Assembly: GCF_049593775.1 (NCBI RefSeq)
Contig: NZ_JBAWHJ010000124.1
Span: forward strand, 1 to 50,859
Source of the DNA: Dokdonella sp.
GTDB taxonomy: Bacteria > Pseudomonadota > Gammaproteobacteria > Xanthomonadales > Rhodanobacteraceae
Direction of reading: 5' to 3'
DNA: 50,859 nt
The position numbers and the translations under genes were made by a program. The notes below the pieces were generated by a model that saw only the letters and a list, made by a program, of their open reading frames with translations, searched no databases and was not told the DNA's origin. Position 1 is the stretch's first letter; each line of letters starts with the position of its first letter. This document shows positions 1 to 9,023 of this stretch, piece after piece.

Positions 1-148
1 ACAATAGGGCCTGCCTGTTCAGTTTATCGATGGTTCGGTGCTGCGCAGTGTATCATCCGCGACCGCCTACCCTGCGCCGAAAACAGGCCCAAGAACTCTC
101 TCTGACGTGAATTTCCCCGAGCCAACATCTACTGCGAACAGGGCCTCG

Positions 149-1114
149 ATGCCGCCACTCCAGGCGAGCTACGACACAGGCCGCCTCGCGGATTTGCTTG
201 CCGAGCCCGACGTGCTGGCCGTGATCGGATTCGGACCGTCTTCCGAGGACAGCAAGGATCCACGCTTCCTGCATATCGGCCTGGAGCAGGCCGGCAGCAA
301 TCGCTATGAAGTCTGGCGCGGCGTGGGACCGGTCCGGTCCGGAATCGAGGGAAACGCACGTTGGAGCAGCGACGACACTTATCTTTTTTTCGCCATCGAG
401 ATTGACGAAGACACGGTCGGCGGCATCGACGCGGCAGGTGAACTGGCCTACGCGGAAGTGTGCAGCCTGCTTGAGCAGCGCCGCTTCGAGGATGGCACCC
501 GGCCCCATATCCTGCGCCTGTGGAACTACATGGACGCAATCAATGAAGGAGAGGGTGACGACGAACGCTATCGCCACTTCTGCTCGGGTCGTGCACGTGG
601 CATCACGCCGGCTACGCGCAATGGCTATTCGGCTGCCACGGCGATCGGTCGTCGTGATGGCGTACGCGTCCTGCAGGTTTACGGCCTGGCAGCACGCGAG
701 TCCGGAATTGCGGTAGAAAACCCTCGCCAGGTCAGTGCCTGGTCCTATCCGAGGCAGTACGGGCCGGTAGCGCCAACCTTTGCGCGCGCCACGCGTACGC
801 CTGCCGATCAGCTTCTGGTTTCCGGAACCGCGGCGGTGGTCGGCCACGCCAGCGTGCATGCGGACGACACCTTTGCCCAGCTCGAGGAAACGCTGCTCAA
901 TCTGGAAAGCCTGCTCGATGCGGCAGGTAGCGGTATCGCCAACCGCGGACTGGCCGCGACCCTGCTCAAGGTCTACCTGCGCGATCCGGCCGAGGCCAAG
1001 GCGCTGGAACAGCACATGCACGCGCGCTGCCCGAAACTGATCGACAGCATCATCCTGTTCGGCGATATCTGCCGTAGCGACCTGCGCATCGAGATCGACG
1101 GAATCCAGGTCTGA
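149..1114 (+). CDS. FkbO/Hyg5-family chorismatase (XanB2-like, often annotated pteridine-dependent deoxygenase)
   Basis: Motifs RLWNY, ENPRQVSAWSYPRQYGP..PTFARA, SGTAAVVGH and C-terminal DICRSDLRIEID are typical of the family. ATG at 149 chosen within ORF 38..1114. Confidence 0.85.
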   Translation: MPPLQASYDTGRLADLLAEPDVLAVIGFGPSSEDSKDPRFLHIGLEQAGSNRYEVWRGVGPVRSGIEGNARWSSDDTYLFFAIEIDEDTVGGIDAAGELAYAEVCSLLEQRRFEDGTRPHILRLWNYMDAINEGEGDDERYRHFCSGRARGITPATRNGYSAATAIGRRDGVRVLQVYGLAARESGIAVENPRQVSAWSYPRQYGPVAPTFARATRTPADQLLVSGTAAVVGHASVHADDTFAQLEETLLNLESLLDAAGSGIANRGLAATLLKVYLRDPAEAKALEQHMHARCPKLIDSIILFGDICRSDLRIEIDGIQV

Positions 1115-1374
1115 GCGCCTGCTCACCTGTCTGCATGGGCGGTGGCGAAAGCCGCGACACCATTGTGCGACGCAACAGGATTGCCGCCCCAGCCAGCAGA
1201 TTCATGCCTGCGGCTGCTGTGCTAACGTCAACAAAGTGTGACCCGGTAGGCATTCCTGGTGTGTCCTCAGTCCGCATTTCAATGCGAAGCAATGGACGAA
1301 CCGGCACGACTTCCGGGTGCTAGCATTTGATCCCGCAGCATCACAACTGGCGCAAGGCGCCTGGGAGAGACAGC

Positions 1375-3327
1375 ATGAAAACGCGATTGGGGCACTACGA
1401 CATCGTTGCTGAATTGGGTCGTGGAGGCATGGGCGTGGTCTACAAGGGACACGAGACCTCGCTCAACCGCTACGTCGCAATCAAGGTCCTTGCCGATTCC
1501 CTGGCCCATGACGAGGGCGTCAAGGAGCGCTTCCTGCGCGAAGCACGCAGCATGGCGGCGCTCAACGACCCGCACATCATTCAGATCTACTATATCGGCG
1601 ACGACGAGGGCCAGACGTTCTTCGTCATGGAGTTCGTCGAAGGCGAATCACTTGGCACCCTGCTCAAGCGCGAGCACACGGTACCCGCGGGCCCCGCCGC
1701 CAAGATCATCTACCAGACGGCACTCGGCCTCGCTACGGCACATGACAAGGGCGTGATCCACCGCGACATCAAGCCGGGCAACCTGATGGTGTCGAGCCGC
1801 GGCTCGATCAAGATCGCCGATTTCGGCATCGCCCTGTCGAACCAGGACTTGTCCAACAAGCTGACCTCGACCGGCGAATTCGTCGGCACGCCGGGCTATC
1901 TGTCGCCGGAAGTCTGCCTTGGAAAGCAGGTCGACCAGCGTTCGGACATTTTCTCGCTCGGCATCGTGCTGTTCGAGATGCTGGCCGGCCGCATGCCGTT
2001 TACCGATGAATCACCGCTCGGCCTGATGCTTGAGGTTGTCCGCGCCGAGATTCCGGACGTACGCGAACTGAACGAGGACGTCGACGAGCAAATCGCCTGG
2101 ATCCTTTCGAAAATGATCGCCAAGGAGCCGGAAGATCGTTATCAGAGTTGCCATGAGCTGGCCGAGGATCTTGCCGCTCATCCGCTGGTGTCCAAGGCCG
2201 GGCCGATCACCATCGTGCCCAAGCTGTCGGCTGCAGCGGCCACCATGGTGGGCCAGAAGACTCCGTTCTCGGGCCAGAGTGCCTTGCCGAAGACGCCGGT
2301 CTCGAACTCGGGTGCTGCCAATACACGGATCACCCCGTCGTCGCAGCCGATGCCGCCGGCCTATCCGTCACAGGATGCAGCTGCAACCGCACCGGGCGTG
2401 TCGGGCCAGGCATTCGAGAGCCAGGGCGGCAAGGGCGAGAAGCGCAGTTCGGTCATGCCATTGGCCATAGCCGCCATTCTTGTTCTCGGACTGGTTGGCG
2501 GCGCATGGGCGTTCCGCGACAAGATCCCGGGCCTGAGCTCTATCGAGTCTGATCGGGTGGCGATGGTCGAGCAGTCGTCCAATGCCGTCGCGACTGCAGA
2601 CAGCAACCCGATCACGATCGCCAACGATTCGGCCATCAATCCTGCAAGTACGAGCGAGGACTCAACCACCACGCCATCGGACCAGACCCGGACAGATGCT
2701 GATGTGGATAGCGCCGTTGCGATGGCCGACGACGGACCGGATGGCCCTGGGCCGCGCGCGTCGCAGGCGGATGTCGCCGCATTGCGTGACCTGCCGGCAG
2801 CCCGAGCAGCAGAGGAATCGCAGGGCAACGTGCCTGCGCCACGTGCCGAAGATGCGGTTGCCATGGTGCCGAAGAAAGCACCATCGAAGCCGGCCAGGCC
2901 GAGCGTGCCGACCGTTGCCGTCGTCTTCAGTGGTGATGACGTCATTGCCGAACCTGCACGCGACGCCATCGTGAGCCTGTTGCAGCGACGCGGTTTCCGC
3001 GTGATCGAGGCGGGCCAGGTCCAGGGCAACAGCCCGGACATGGGGCGTCTGTCGGGTCGTGCCGATGCGGTTGTCTTTGTCCAGGCCAAGCCGGTGGGCT
3101 CGCAGGAAATCTTCTACTACGGTCAGGCATCGACGCTGTACACGGTCCAGCTTGGGGTCAAGGCTTACCGTGTGTCCGACGGCAGCACGCTATGGAGCAG
3201 CGGCAAGTCGCAGGTGAATTTCAGCACCTTGAATGCAACCGAGAAAGCCCAGGAAGCGGTTGAGCCCCTGCTCGACGACGTCGACAGGAACCTGGCCGAG
3301 TTCCGCTCGCGGAGTGGTCGCGGCTGA
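1375..3327 (+). CDS. Hanks-type Ser/Thr protein kinase, single-pass membrane, with C-terminal extracytoplasmic domain
   Basis: GRGGMGVVY, VAIK, HRDIKPGN, DFG and GTPGYLSPE motifs; Pro/Ser/Ala linker; TM segment PLAIAAILVLGLVGGAWAF; GGGAGAG upstream of ATG 1375. Confidence 0.92.
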   Translation: MKTRLGHYDIVAELGRGGMGVVYKGHETSLNRYVAIKVLADSLAHDEGVKERFLREARSMAALNDPHIIQIYYIGDDEGQTFFVMEFVEGESLGTLLKREHTVPAGPAAKIIYQTALGLATAHDKGVIHRDIKPGNLMVSSRGSIKIADFGIALSNQDLSNKLTSTGEFVGTPGYLSPEVCLGKQVDQRSDIFSLGIVLFEMLAGRMPFTDESPLGLMLEVVRAEIPDVRELNEDVDEQIAWILSKMIAKEPEDRYQSCHELAEDLAAHPLVSKAGPITIVPKLSAAAATMVGQKTPFSGQSALPKTPVSNSGAANTRITPSSQPMPPAYPSQDAAATAPGVSGQAFESQGGKGEKRSSVMPLAIAAILVLGLVGGAWAFRDKIPGLSSIESDRVAMVEQSSNAVATADSNPITIANDSAINPASTSEDSTTTPSDQTRTDADVDSAVAMADDGPDGPGPRASQADVAALRDLPAARAAEESQGNVPAPRAEDAVAMVPKKAPSKPARPSVPTVAVVFSGDDVIAEPARDAIVSLLQRRGFRVIEAGQVQGNSPDMGRLSGRADAVVFVQAKPVGSQEIFYYGQASTLYTVQLGVKAYRVSDGSTLWSSGKSQVNFSTLNATEKAQEAVEPLLDDVDRNLAEFRSRSGRG

Positions 3328-3344
3328 GACCAAGAGGCATGACG

Positions 3345-3372
3345 AAAAAAGCGGACTTCGGTCCGCTTTTTT
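3345..3372. terminator. Bidirectional intrinsic terminator
   Basis: AAAAAAGCGGAC-TTCG-GTCCGCTTTTTT: perfect stem, cUUCGg loop, T/A tracts on both sides, between convergent kinase and uvrD. Confidence 0.9.
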
Positions 3373-3400
3373 CTTGCGTTGTTGTTTGCGATGAGGATCG

Positions 3401-3545
3401 ATTCCCGCCTGCGCGGGAATGACGCTAGGAGGTGCGGAAGTGTACACCCGCCTGCGCGGGAATGACGCTAGGAGGTGCGGAAGTGTACGCACCCGCCTGT
3501 GCGGGAATGACAAGCCGAGCCGTCATTCCCGCGCAAGCGGGAATC
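3401..3545. repeat. Cluster of CGTC-type REP palindromes (ATTCCC-N8-GGGAAT core) with a 43/45-bp tandem duplication
   Basis: CCCGCCTG(C/T)GCGGGAATGAC at 3404, 3447 and 3492 with the duplicated spacer GCTAGGAGGTGCGGAAGTGTAC, then an inverted copy CGTCATTCCCGCGCAAGCGGGAATC at 3521-3545. Confidence 0.85.
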
Positions 3546-3616
3546 GCTTCACAACAGCCGAACGGCTGGTCATCGCTTTCATCACTGATTTGCACAAGTT
3601 TTCAGCCTGCCCGCAC

Positions 3617-5836
3617 TCAGACAGCAGACAAGTTCGCATAGGCCAACACCAGCCACTTCTGGCCGGCAGATTCGAAGTTGACCTGCACGCGGGTGTGCGC
3701 ACCGGTACCTTCGTAGTCAACGACGACGCCTTCGCCAAAGTTGGAATGGCTGACGCGTTGTCCCAACTTCAGTCCGTGATTCTGTTCGCCAAGCGAGGCA
3801 TGTGACGCCGCCGGCATCGACCGGCTTACCTGCACGCGTGGCCGGATCTCCTTGAGCAATGCGGCCGGAATCTCGCCCAGGAACCGCGAAGGCCGACCGT
3901 ACATTTCCATGCCATGCATGCGTCGCGTTTCCGCGTAGCAGAGCAAGAGATGCTCGCGCGCACGCGTGATGCCAACGTAGGCAAGGCGACGTTCTTCTTC
4001 AAGTCGCCCGGGTTCCTCGACCGACTTGTGGCTGGGAAACAGGCCGTCTTCCAGGCCGACCAGGAACACCAACGGAAACTCCAGCCCTTTCGCCGAGTGC
4101 AGGGTCATCAACTGGACGCACTCCTGCCACGCCTCACCCTGGGCTTCACCGGATTCCAGCGCCGCGTGGGAAAGAAAAGCGGCCAACTCGGACAGGCCTG
4201 CTTCGTGATCCTCGGGAGTGCGTTCGAAACGACTGGCGACATTGACCAGTTCGTCGAGATTCTCCAGTCGCGACTCGGCGCTGGTCTTGTCGCGCTCGTG
4301 GTAGTCACGGATACCCGAACGCACGATGGCATGGTCCATCTGTTCGGACAACGGCAAAGGCTCGTCAGGCGTATCTGCGTCGTCGAAATCCTCGCCCGCC
4401 TGCGCATGGCCGGGTGCGAGGCAATCACGCGCCAATCCATCAATCAGCTCAAGAAAGGCGCGAAGGGCGCTCCTGGCTCGTCCTGTCAACGTGCTGTCGG
4501 TCAACTCGGCGAGCACGGCCTCCCACATCGAGGTGTCTTCGCGGCGTGCGCGTGCGCGCAGCAAGTCGATGGTGCGATCGCCGATGCCGCGTGGCGGCGT
4601 GTTCACGACGCGCTCGAATGCCGCGTCGTCGTGGCGATTGCCGAGCAGGCGCAAATAGCCCAGCGCGTCCTTGATTTCGGCGCGATCGAAGAAGCGTTGC
4701 CCGCCGTACACACGATAGGCAATATCGTGCTGGATCAGCTGCTCTTCAAAGTTGCGCGATTGCGCGTTCGAGCGATACAGGATTGCGACGTCGTTGGCGC
4801 GGTGGCCTTCGCGCAGGTATTCACGGATTCGCTCGATGACGAAACGTGCTTCGTCCTGTTCGTTGTAGGCCGCATAGACTTCGATCGGATCGCCATCGCC
4901 ATCCGCCGTCCACAACTGCTTGCCCAGACGGCTCGGGTTGTGCGCGATGACCGCATTGGCGGCACCGAGGATATTCGCCGTTGATCGATAATTCTGCTCA
5001 AGACGGATCGTGCTGGCGGTCGGGAAATCGCGCAGAAAGTGCTGCACGTTTTCAACGCGCGCGCCGCGCCATCCGTAGATGGCCTGGTCATCGTCGCCGA
5101 CCACGAACACGTTCCCGGTGGTGCCAGCCAGTACGCGAATCCACGCGTACTGCAGCGTGTTGGTGTCCTGGAATTCATCGATCAGCAGGTGCCGATAACG
5201 CTCGCGATAATGGGCGAGCAAGGCATCGTCATGCAGCCACAATTCGTGCGAGCGCAGCAACAGCTCGGCGAAATCAACCAGGCCGGCGCGCTGGCAGGCG
5301 CGCTCGTAGGCCACATAGATTTCGACCATGGTGCTGGCCATCGGATTGCCGGCTGCGTCGATGGCGTCGGGGCGCTTGCCTTCGTCCTTGGCTGAATTGA
5401 TGAACCACGCTGCCTGACGCGGCGGGAAACGCGCTTCATCAATGCCAAGACCCTGGATGGTGCGCTTGATCAGACGCTGCTGATCATCGGAATCGAGAAT
5501 CTGGAACGTCTCTGGCAGGCGGGCTTCACGCCAGTGTCTACGCAATAGTCGATGGGCAATACCGTGGAACGTGCCAATCGTGAGCCCGCGGGTCCCTTCG
5601 CCCACAAGGGACTGTGTGCGCGCGCGCATCTCGGCGGCAGCCTTGTTGGTAAAGGTGACCGCAAGGATCGACCATGGCGACGCACGCTCGACCTCCAGCA
5701 ACCAGCCAATGCGGTGGGTCAGGACACGGGTCTTGCCCGAGCCGGCGCCGGCAAGTACGAGGGAATGCCCTGGCGCGGCGCTGACCGCTTCGCGCTGGGC
5801 AGGGTTCAGATCATCAAGCAGGTGGGAAACATCCAT
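3617..5836 (-). CDS. uvrD: DNA helicase II
   Basis: LNPAQREAV, AGAGSGKT, DEFQD, LEQNYRS, TLHSAKGLEF, EEERRLAYVGITRA and the C-terminal Tudor-like domain. Confidence 0.97.
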   Translation of the reverse strand: MDVSHLLDDLNPAQREAVSAAPGHSLVLAGAGSGKTRVLTHRIGWLLEVERASPWSILAVTFTNKAAAEMRARTQSLVGEGTRGLTIGTFHGIAHRLLRRHWREARLPETFQILDSDDQQRLIKRTIQGLGIDEARFPPRQAAWFINSAKDEGKRPDAIDAAGNPMASTMVEIYVAYERACQRAGLVDFAELLLRSHELWLHDDALLAHYRERYRHLLIDEFQDTNTLQYAWIRVLAGTTGNVFVVGDDDQAIYGWRGARVENVQHFLRDFPTASTIRLEQNYRSTANILGAANAVIAHNPSRLGKQLWTADGDGDPIEVYAAYNEQDEARFVIERIREYLREGHRANDVAILYRSNAQSRNFEEQLIQHDIAYRVYGGQRFFDRAEIKDALGYLRLLGNRHDDAAFERVVNTPPRGIGDRTIDLLRARARREDTSMWEAVLAELTDSTLTGRARSALRAFLELIDGLARDCLAPGHAQAGEDFDDADTPDEPLPLSEQMDHAIVRSGIRDYHERDKTSAESRLENLDELVNVASRFERTPEDHEAGLSELAAFLSHAALESGEAQGEAWQECVQLMTLHSAKGLEFPLVFLVGLEDGLFPSHKSVEEPGRLEEERRLAYVGITRAREHLLLCYAETRRMHGMEMYGRPSRFLGEIPAALLKEIRPRVQVSRSMPAASHASLGEQNHGLKLGQRVSHSNFGEGVVVDYEGTGAHTRVQVNFESAGQKWLVLAYANLSAV

Positions 5837-5916
5837 GCCGCCATTGTAAAGGCCCGGCGTCGAAGCCGGGCCGCCCGCTTTGCGGAACTGACGTGTCTGG
5901 AATCTATTGAATCAAC

Positions 5917-6135
5917 TCAGCGCTTGCGCATCGCTCCGGCGACAAGCAGGCCGAGGCCGATGAGCACACTGGCGCCACCAGCCCACTGGGGCACGGTTTT
6001 CTCTTGCTGTACGGTTGCCGAAAGGTCGCCAATCTTCAGTACTTCCTTGTCCTGGGTGAAATCGAGGTTGCCGGTGAATGCCGCGGCACCGACGACGACG
6101 AACAATATGCCCGCAATGATCATTCCCATACGCAT
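5917..6135 (-). CDS. Small two-TM membrane protein (DUF3185-like)
   Basis: 72 aa with two hydrophobic helices flanking a ...EVLKIGDLSATVQQEKTVPQW loop. Confidence 0.7.
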   Translation of the reverse strand: MRMGMIIAGILFVVVGAAAFTGNLDFTQDKEVLKIGDLSATVQQEKTVPQWAGGASVLIGLGLLVAGAMRKR

Positions 6136-6247
6136 GCTGATATCCCCACTCTTCCGTTGACCGACAGCCAGCGTGACAAGCAGGCGGGAATTAGGCAATA
6201 CGCTTGCGCTTCTCGACGCATGCGCCGTTCAGCTTCGCCCCGGCCGC

Positions 6248-6871
6248 CTAGTGAGCTCCGGACGGCTTGCTGCGCGGAATCGCGTGCATGAGCCGGTCAG
6301 TGTAGGCGATGCCGATGGCCGAAAGAATGAAGACGCAATGGATGATGGTCTGCCACATGACGCCGGCCTCGGTCATGGTCGTGCAGGTCTGGATCGTGCC
6401 GTTGACCACGGCAGTCGCCGCGTTGGCCAGCTCCTCGGGCGAGCAGTTCGGCAGGCTGCCGATAGAACCGGCGGCGATAAAGGTCTTCAGCAGGTGGATC
6501 GAGGAAATGCCGATGATCGCCATCGCCAGTTTGACCTTGAGCACCGAAGCATTGACGTGACTGAGCCATTCCGGCTGATCCGGGTGCCCCTGAAGCCCGA
6601 GTCGCGAGACGAAGGTCTCGTAGCCACCGACGATGACCATGATCAGCAGGTTCGAGATCATGACGACGTCGATCAGCCCGAGCACGATCAGCATGATCTG
6701 CTGCTCGCCGAACGAGGTCGAGTGCATGATCAGATGGAACAATTCCTTGACGAACAGCACCACGTAGACGCCCTGCGCGACGATCAGGCCGAGATACAGT
6801 GGCAGCTGCAACCAGCGCGAGGAGAAGATCAGGGCCGGGAAGAAGCTCAGCGGCGGTTTGACTGGCGACAT
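6248..6871 (-). CDS. UPF0114 / TIGR00645 (YqhA-like) membrane protein
   Basis: [30 protein letters not shown] and [18 protein letters not shown] family motifs. Confidence 0.88.
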   Translation of the reverse strand: MSPVKPPLSFFPALIFSSRWLQLPLYLGLIVAQGVYVVLFVKELFHLIMHSTSFGEQQIMLIVLGLIDVVMISNLLIMVIVGGYETFVSRLGLQGHPDQPEWLSHVNASVLKVKLAMAIIGISSIHLLKTFIAAGSIGSLPNCSPEELANAATAVVNGTIQTCTTMTEAGVMWQTIIHCVFILSAIGIAYTDRLMHAIPRSKPSGAH

Positions 6872-7051
6872 GCGCAGACTCGGTAATGGACAAGGGGGCG
6901 AATTCTAGCAAGCAAGCCGCGATGGCGGTTGATGCAGAATCAGGGTGGCAGCGCGCGGACGGTGGCCGAAATCCGCTCCAGATATCGGGTTCTGCCGACA
7001 GGCTGCAGGTTGTTTGGTGATGCGCCCTGCCGCTTTGGCGGATCAGGTCCG

Positions 7052-8098
7052 CTAGCCCAACAAGCGAACCCCTGGCAATCCGAGCACATAGTCCTCGCCC
7101 ATCAGCAAGGACGGCGTGTAGTAGCCGCCCGCCGGCGTATTCGCGAGCAGGTGCTCGACGATACCCAGACTGGCCGCGACCGTGAGCGAATAGCCGTTCG
7201 GTGTAGCCAGCGACAGCGAGGCTTCCCTTCCTGCGGCGTTTCTCACTTCGCCCCAGACCTGGCTGCCACTGCGCTGCCGACGCCTTTCATCCGGCCCGGC
7301 GGTCTGCCCGGCCCGGCCTTGCAGAAACTTCTGTATCGGTGCCAGCGACAGCATCCAGCGCAGGTAGCGCAGTCGGCGCATGTTCGTGATCGTCTTCTCG
7401 GGCATGGTCATGTAGGTCTCGACGTTCGCGATACCGGTCGAGACGAAAGCGGTATAGACATCACCCCAGGGAATGGTAACAGCGGTTCGCTGGCTGCCAT
7501 CCTCGCGCGTGAACTGGCGTGACTTCCACGCCAGCGGAACTTCCACCACCTCGCCGTTGACGCGCGCCCGTCCACCCATGGCCAGACCCGCCACGCTGGT
7601 TCTGGCCGTGCCAGGGCTGGGCCCGCCGGCCGCCTCGAATCCGAGGATGAGATGGGTCGCATCGGGCATTCGCTGCTTGAGCATGGCAGCCAGACAATCG
7701 GTTGGAACGACGTCGAAACCGGTGCCGGGAAATACGACGATCCCTTCGTGTTGCGCGCGCTTGTGGGCGTGATGGCAGAGTTCGAATACTTCGATCTCGC
7801 CGGTGATATCGAGATAGTGGATCTGCTTGCGCAGGCAGGCTTCCAGCAGCGGCTCGCAGGTCCTGGAAAATGGACCCGCGCAATTGAGCACGATGCGAAT
7901 GCCATCGAGATTTCGGTCGATCTCTGCCGGGTCGCCCAGCTCGAACACGCGACGGGTCAGCTTGAGGGGCTCGGCCAACTTGTCCAGCGCATCCCGGTTG
8001 CGACCGGCAAGAACAGGCTTGAGCCCGCGCTTGCACGCTTCGGCAGCAATCAGCTTGCCGGTATAACCATTGGCGCCGTAAATGAGGACCGGATGCAT
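7052..8098 (-). CDS. Saccharopine dehydrogenase-like NAD(P)-binding oxidoreductase
   Basis: IYGANGYTG, LAGRN, VLNCAGPF, HYLDITGE, GFDVVPTD; ATG overlaps the upstream SDR stop (TAATG). Confidence 0.85.
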   Translation of the reverse strand: MHPVLIYGANGYTGKLIAAEACKRGLKPVLAGRNRDALDKLAEPLKLTRRVFELGDPAEIDRNLDGIRIVLNCAGPFSRTCEPLLEACLRKQIHYLDITGEIEVFELCHHAHKRAQHEGIVVFPGTGFDVVPTDCLAAMLKQRMPDATHLILGFEAAGGPSPGTARTSVAGLAMGGRARVNGEVVEVPLAWKSRQFTREDGSQRTAVTIPWGDVYTAFVSTGIANVETYMTMPEKTITNMRRLRYLRWMLSLAPIQKFLQGRAGQTAGPDERRRQRSGSQVWGEVRNAAGREASLSLATPNGYSLTVAASLGIVEHLLANTPAGGYYTPSLLMGEDYVLGLPGVRLLG

Positions 8099-8904
8099 TA
8101 TCTGGACTCCTTCGCCCGCACCAGTTGCATGAGCTTGCGGAAATACAGGTCCGGGAACCAGCGCTTGAACCGCCAGGCATTGCGTACCTGGGAGGTCGGC
8201 AGGATCAGGAACTCGCCGCGGGCGACGCCACGGAATATGGCTTCCGCTATATCGGCAGGCGATTCGGACGCTGAGCGCATGAGTTTTTTCGCCATGTTCA
8301 GTGAACTCGGATCCGGCGCGCGGAACCCCTCCAGCAGATTGGTCTGGAAGAAGCTCGGGCAGACCACGGAAACCTTCACGCCACTTCCATGCAGATCGGC
8401 GCGCAAGCCTTCCGACACGGTGACCACCCCCGCCTTGGCCGCGGCGTACGAGGCCATGTTTGGGCCGCCAGCCAAGGCCGCGAACGAAGCGATATTGACG
8501 ATCTGACCGGCGCCCTGCTCCAGCAGGATCGGGCCAAACAGTCGACAGCCGCGAACCACGCCCAGCAGATTGATGTTCAGCATCCAGTGCCAATCGGAAA
8601 GCGATGCGGTCAGCACGGATCCGCCGCCGGAAACTCCTGCATTGTTGATGACCAGGTCGACTCCCTCCCAGGCTGCAAGAACCTGGTCACGAAGATCCTC
8701 GAAGGATTCGTCGTTGCCGACATCGACCTGCAAGGCCATTGCACCGATGCCAAACCCGGTAATCAGTTCGACCGTCTCCTGCGCGCGATCCAGGCGGATA
8801 TCGGCGCAGGCCACTCGCCAGCCCGATTCGGCGTAGCGAAATGCCAGTGCCCGGCCCAGGCCGCTACCGGCTCCTGTGATCAGGACGCGTTGCGAGGATT
8901 CCAT
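8098..8904 (-). CDS. Short-chain dehydrogenase/reductase
   Basis: TGAGSGLG, NNAG and catalytic YAAAK. Confidence 0.9.
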   Translation of the reverse strand: MESSQRVLITGAGSGLGRALAFRYAESGWRVACADIRLDRAQETVELITGFGIGAMALQVDVGNDESFEDLRDQVLAAWEGVDLVINNAGVSGGGSVLTASLSDWHWMLNINLLGVVRGCRLFGPILLEQGAGQIVNIASFAALAGGPNMASYAAAKAGVVTVSEGLRADLHGSGVKVSVVCPSFFQTNLLEGFRAPDPSSLNMAKKLMRSASESPADIAEAIFRGVARGEFLILPTSQVRNAWRFKRWFPDLYFRKLMQLVRAKESR

Positions 8905-9023
8905 AAAGGCACCATTGGGTTTGAGTAGCCTATCCTGTTTGTCTTGCACCCGATGCGAAGGGTATGGACGATGTGCTGGTCCTGAATGCCGAACGCAACA
9001 GGGTCATCCTACTAGGACAACGA

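Noticed and set aside
1237..1252. CRP/Clp site TGTGA-N6-AGGCA upstream of the kinase
   Set aside because: Only one half-site matches well, which is too weak without comparative data.
3404..3511. Mini-CRISPR or small ORFs at 3419/3432
   Set aside because: The spacers are duplicates of each other, and the ORFs are translations of REP palindromes (PACAGMT / VIPAQAG).
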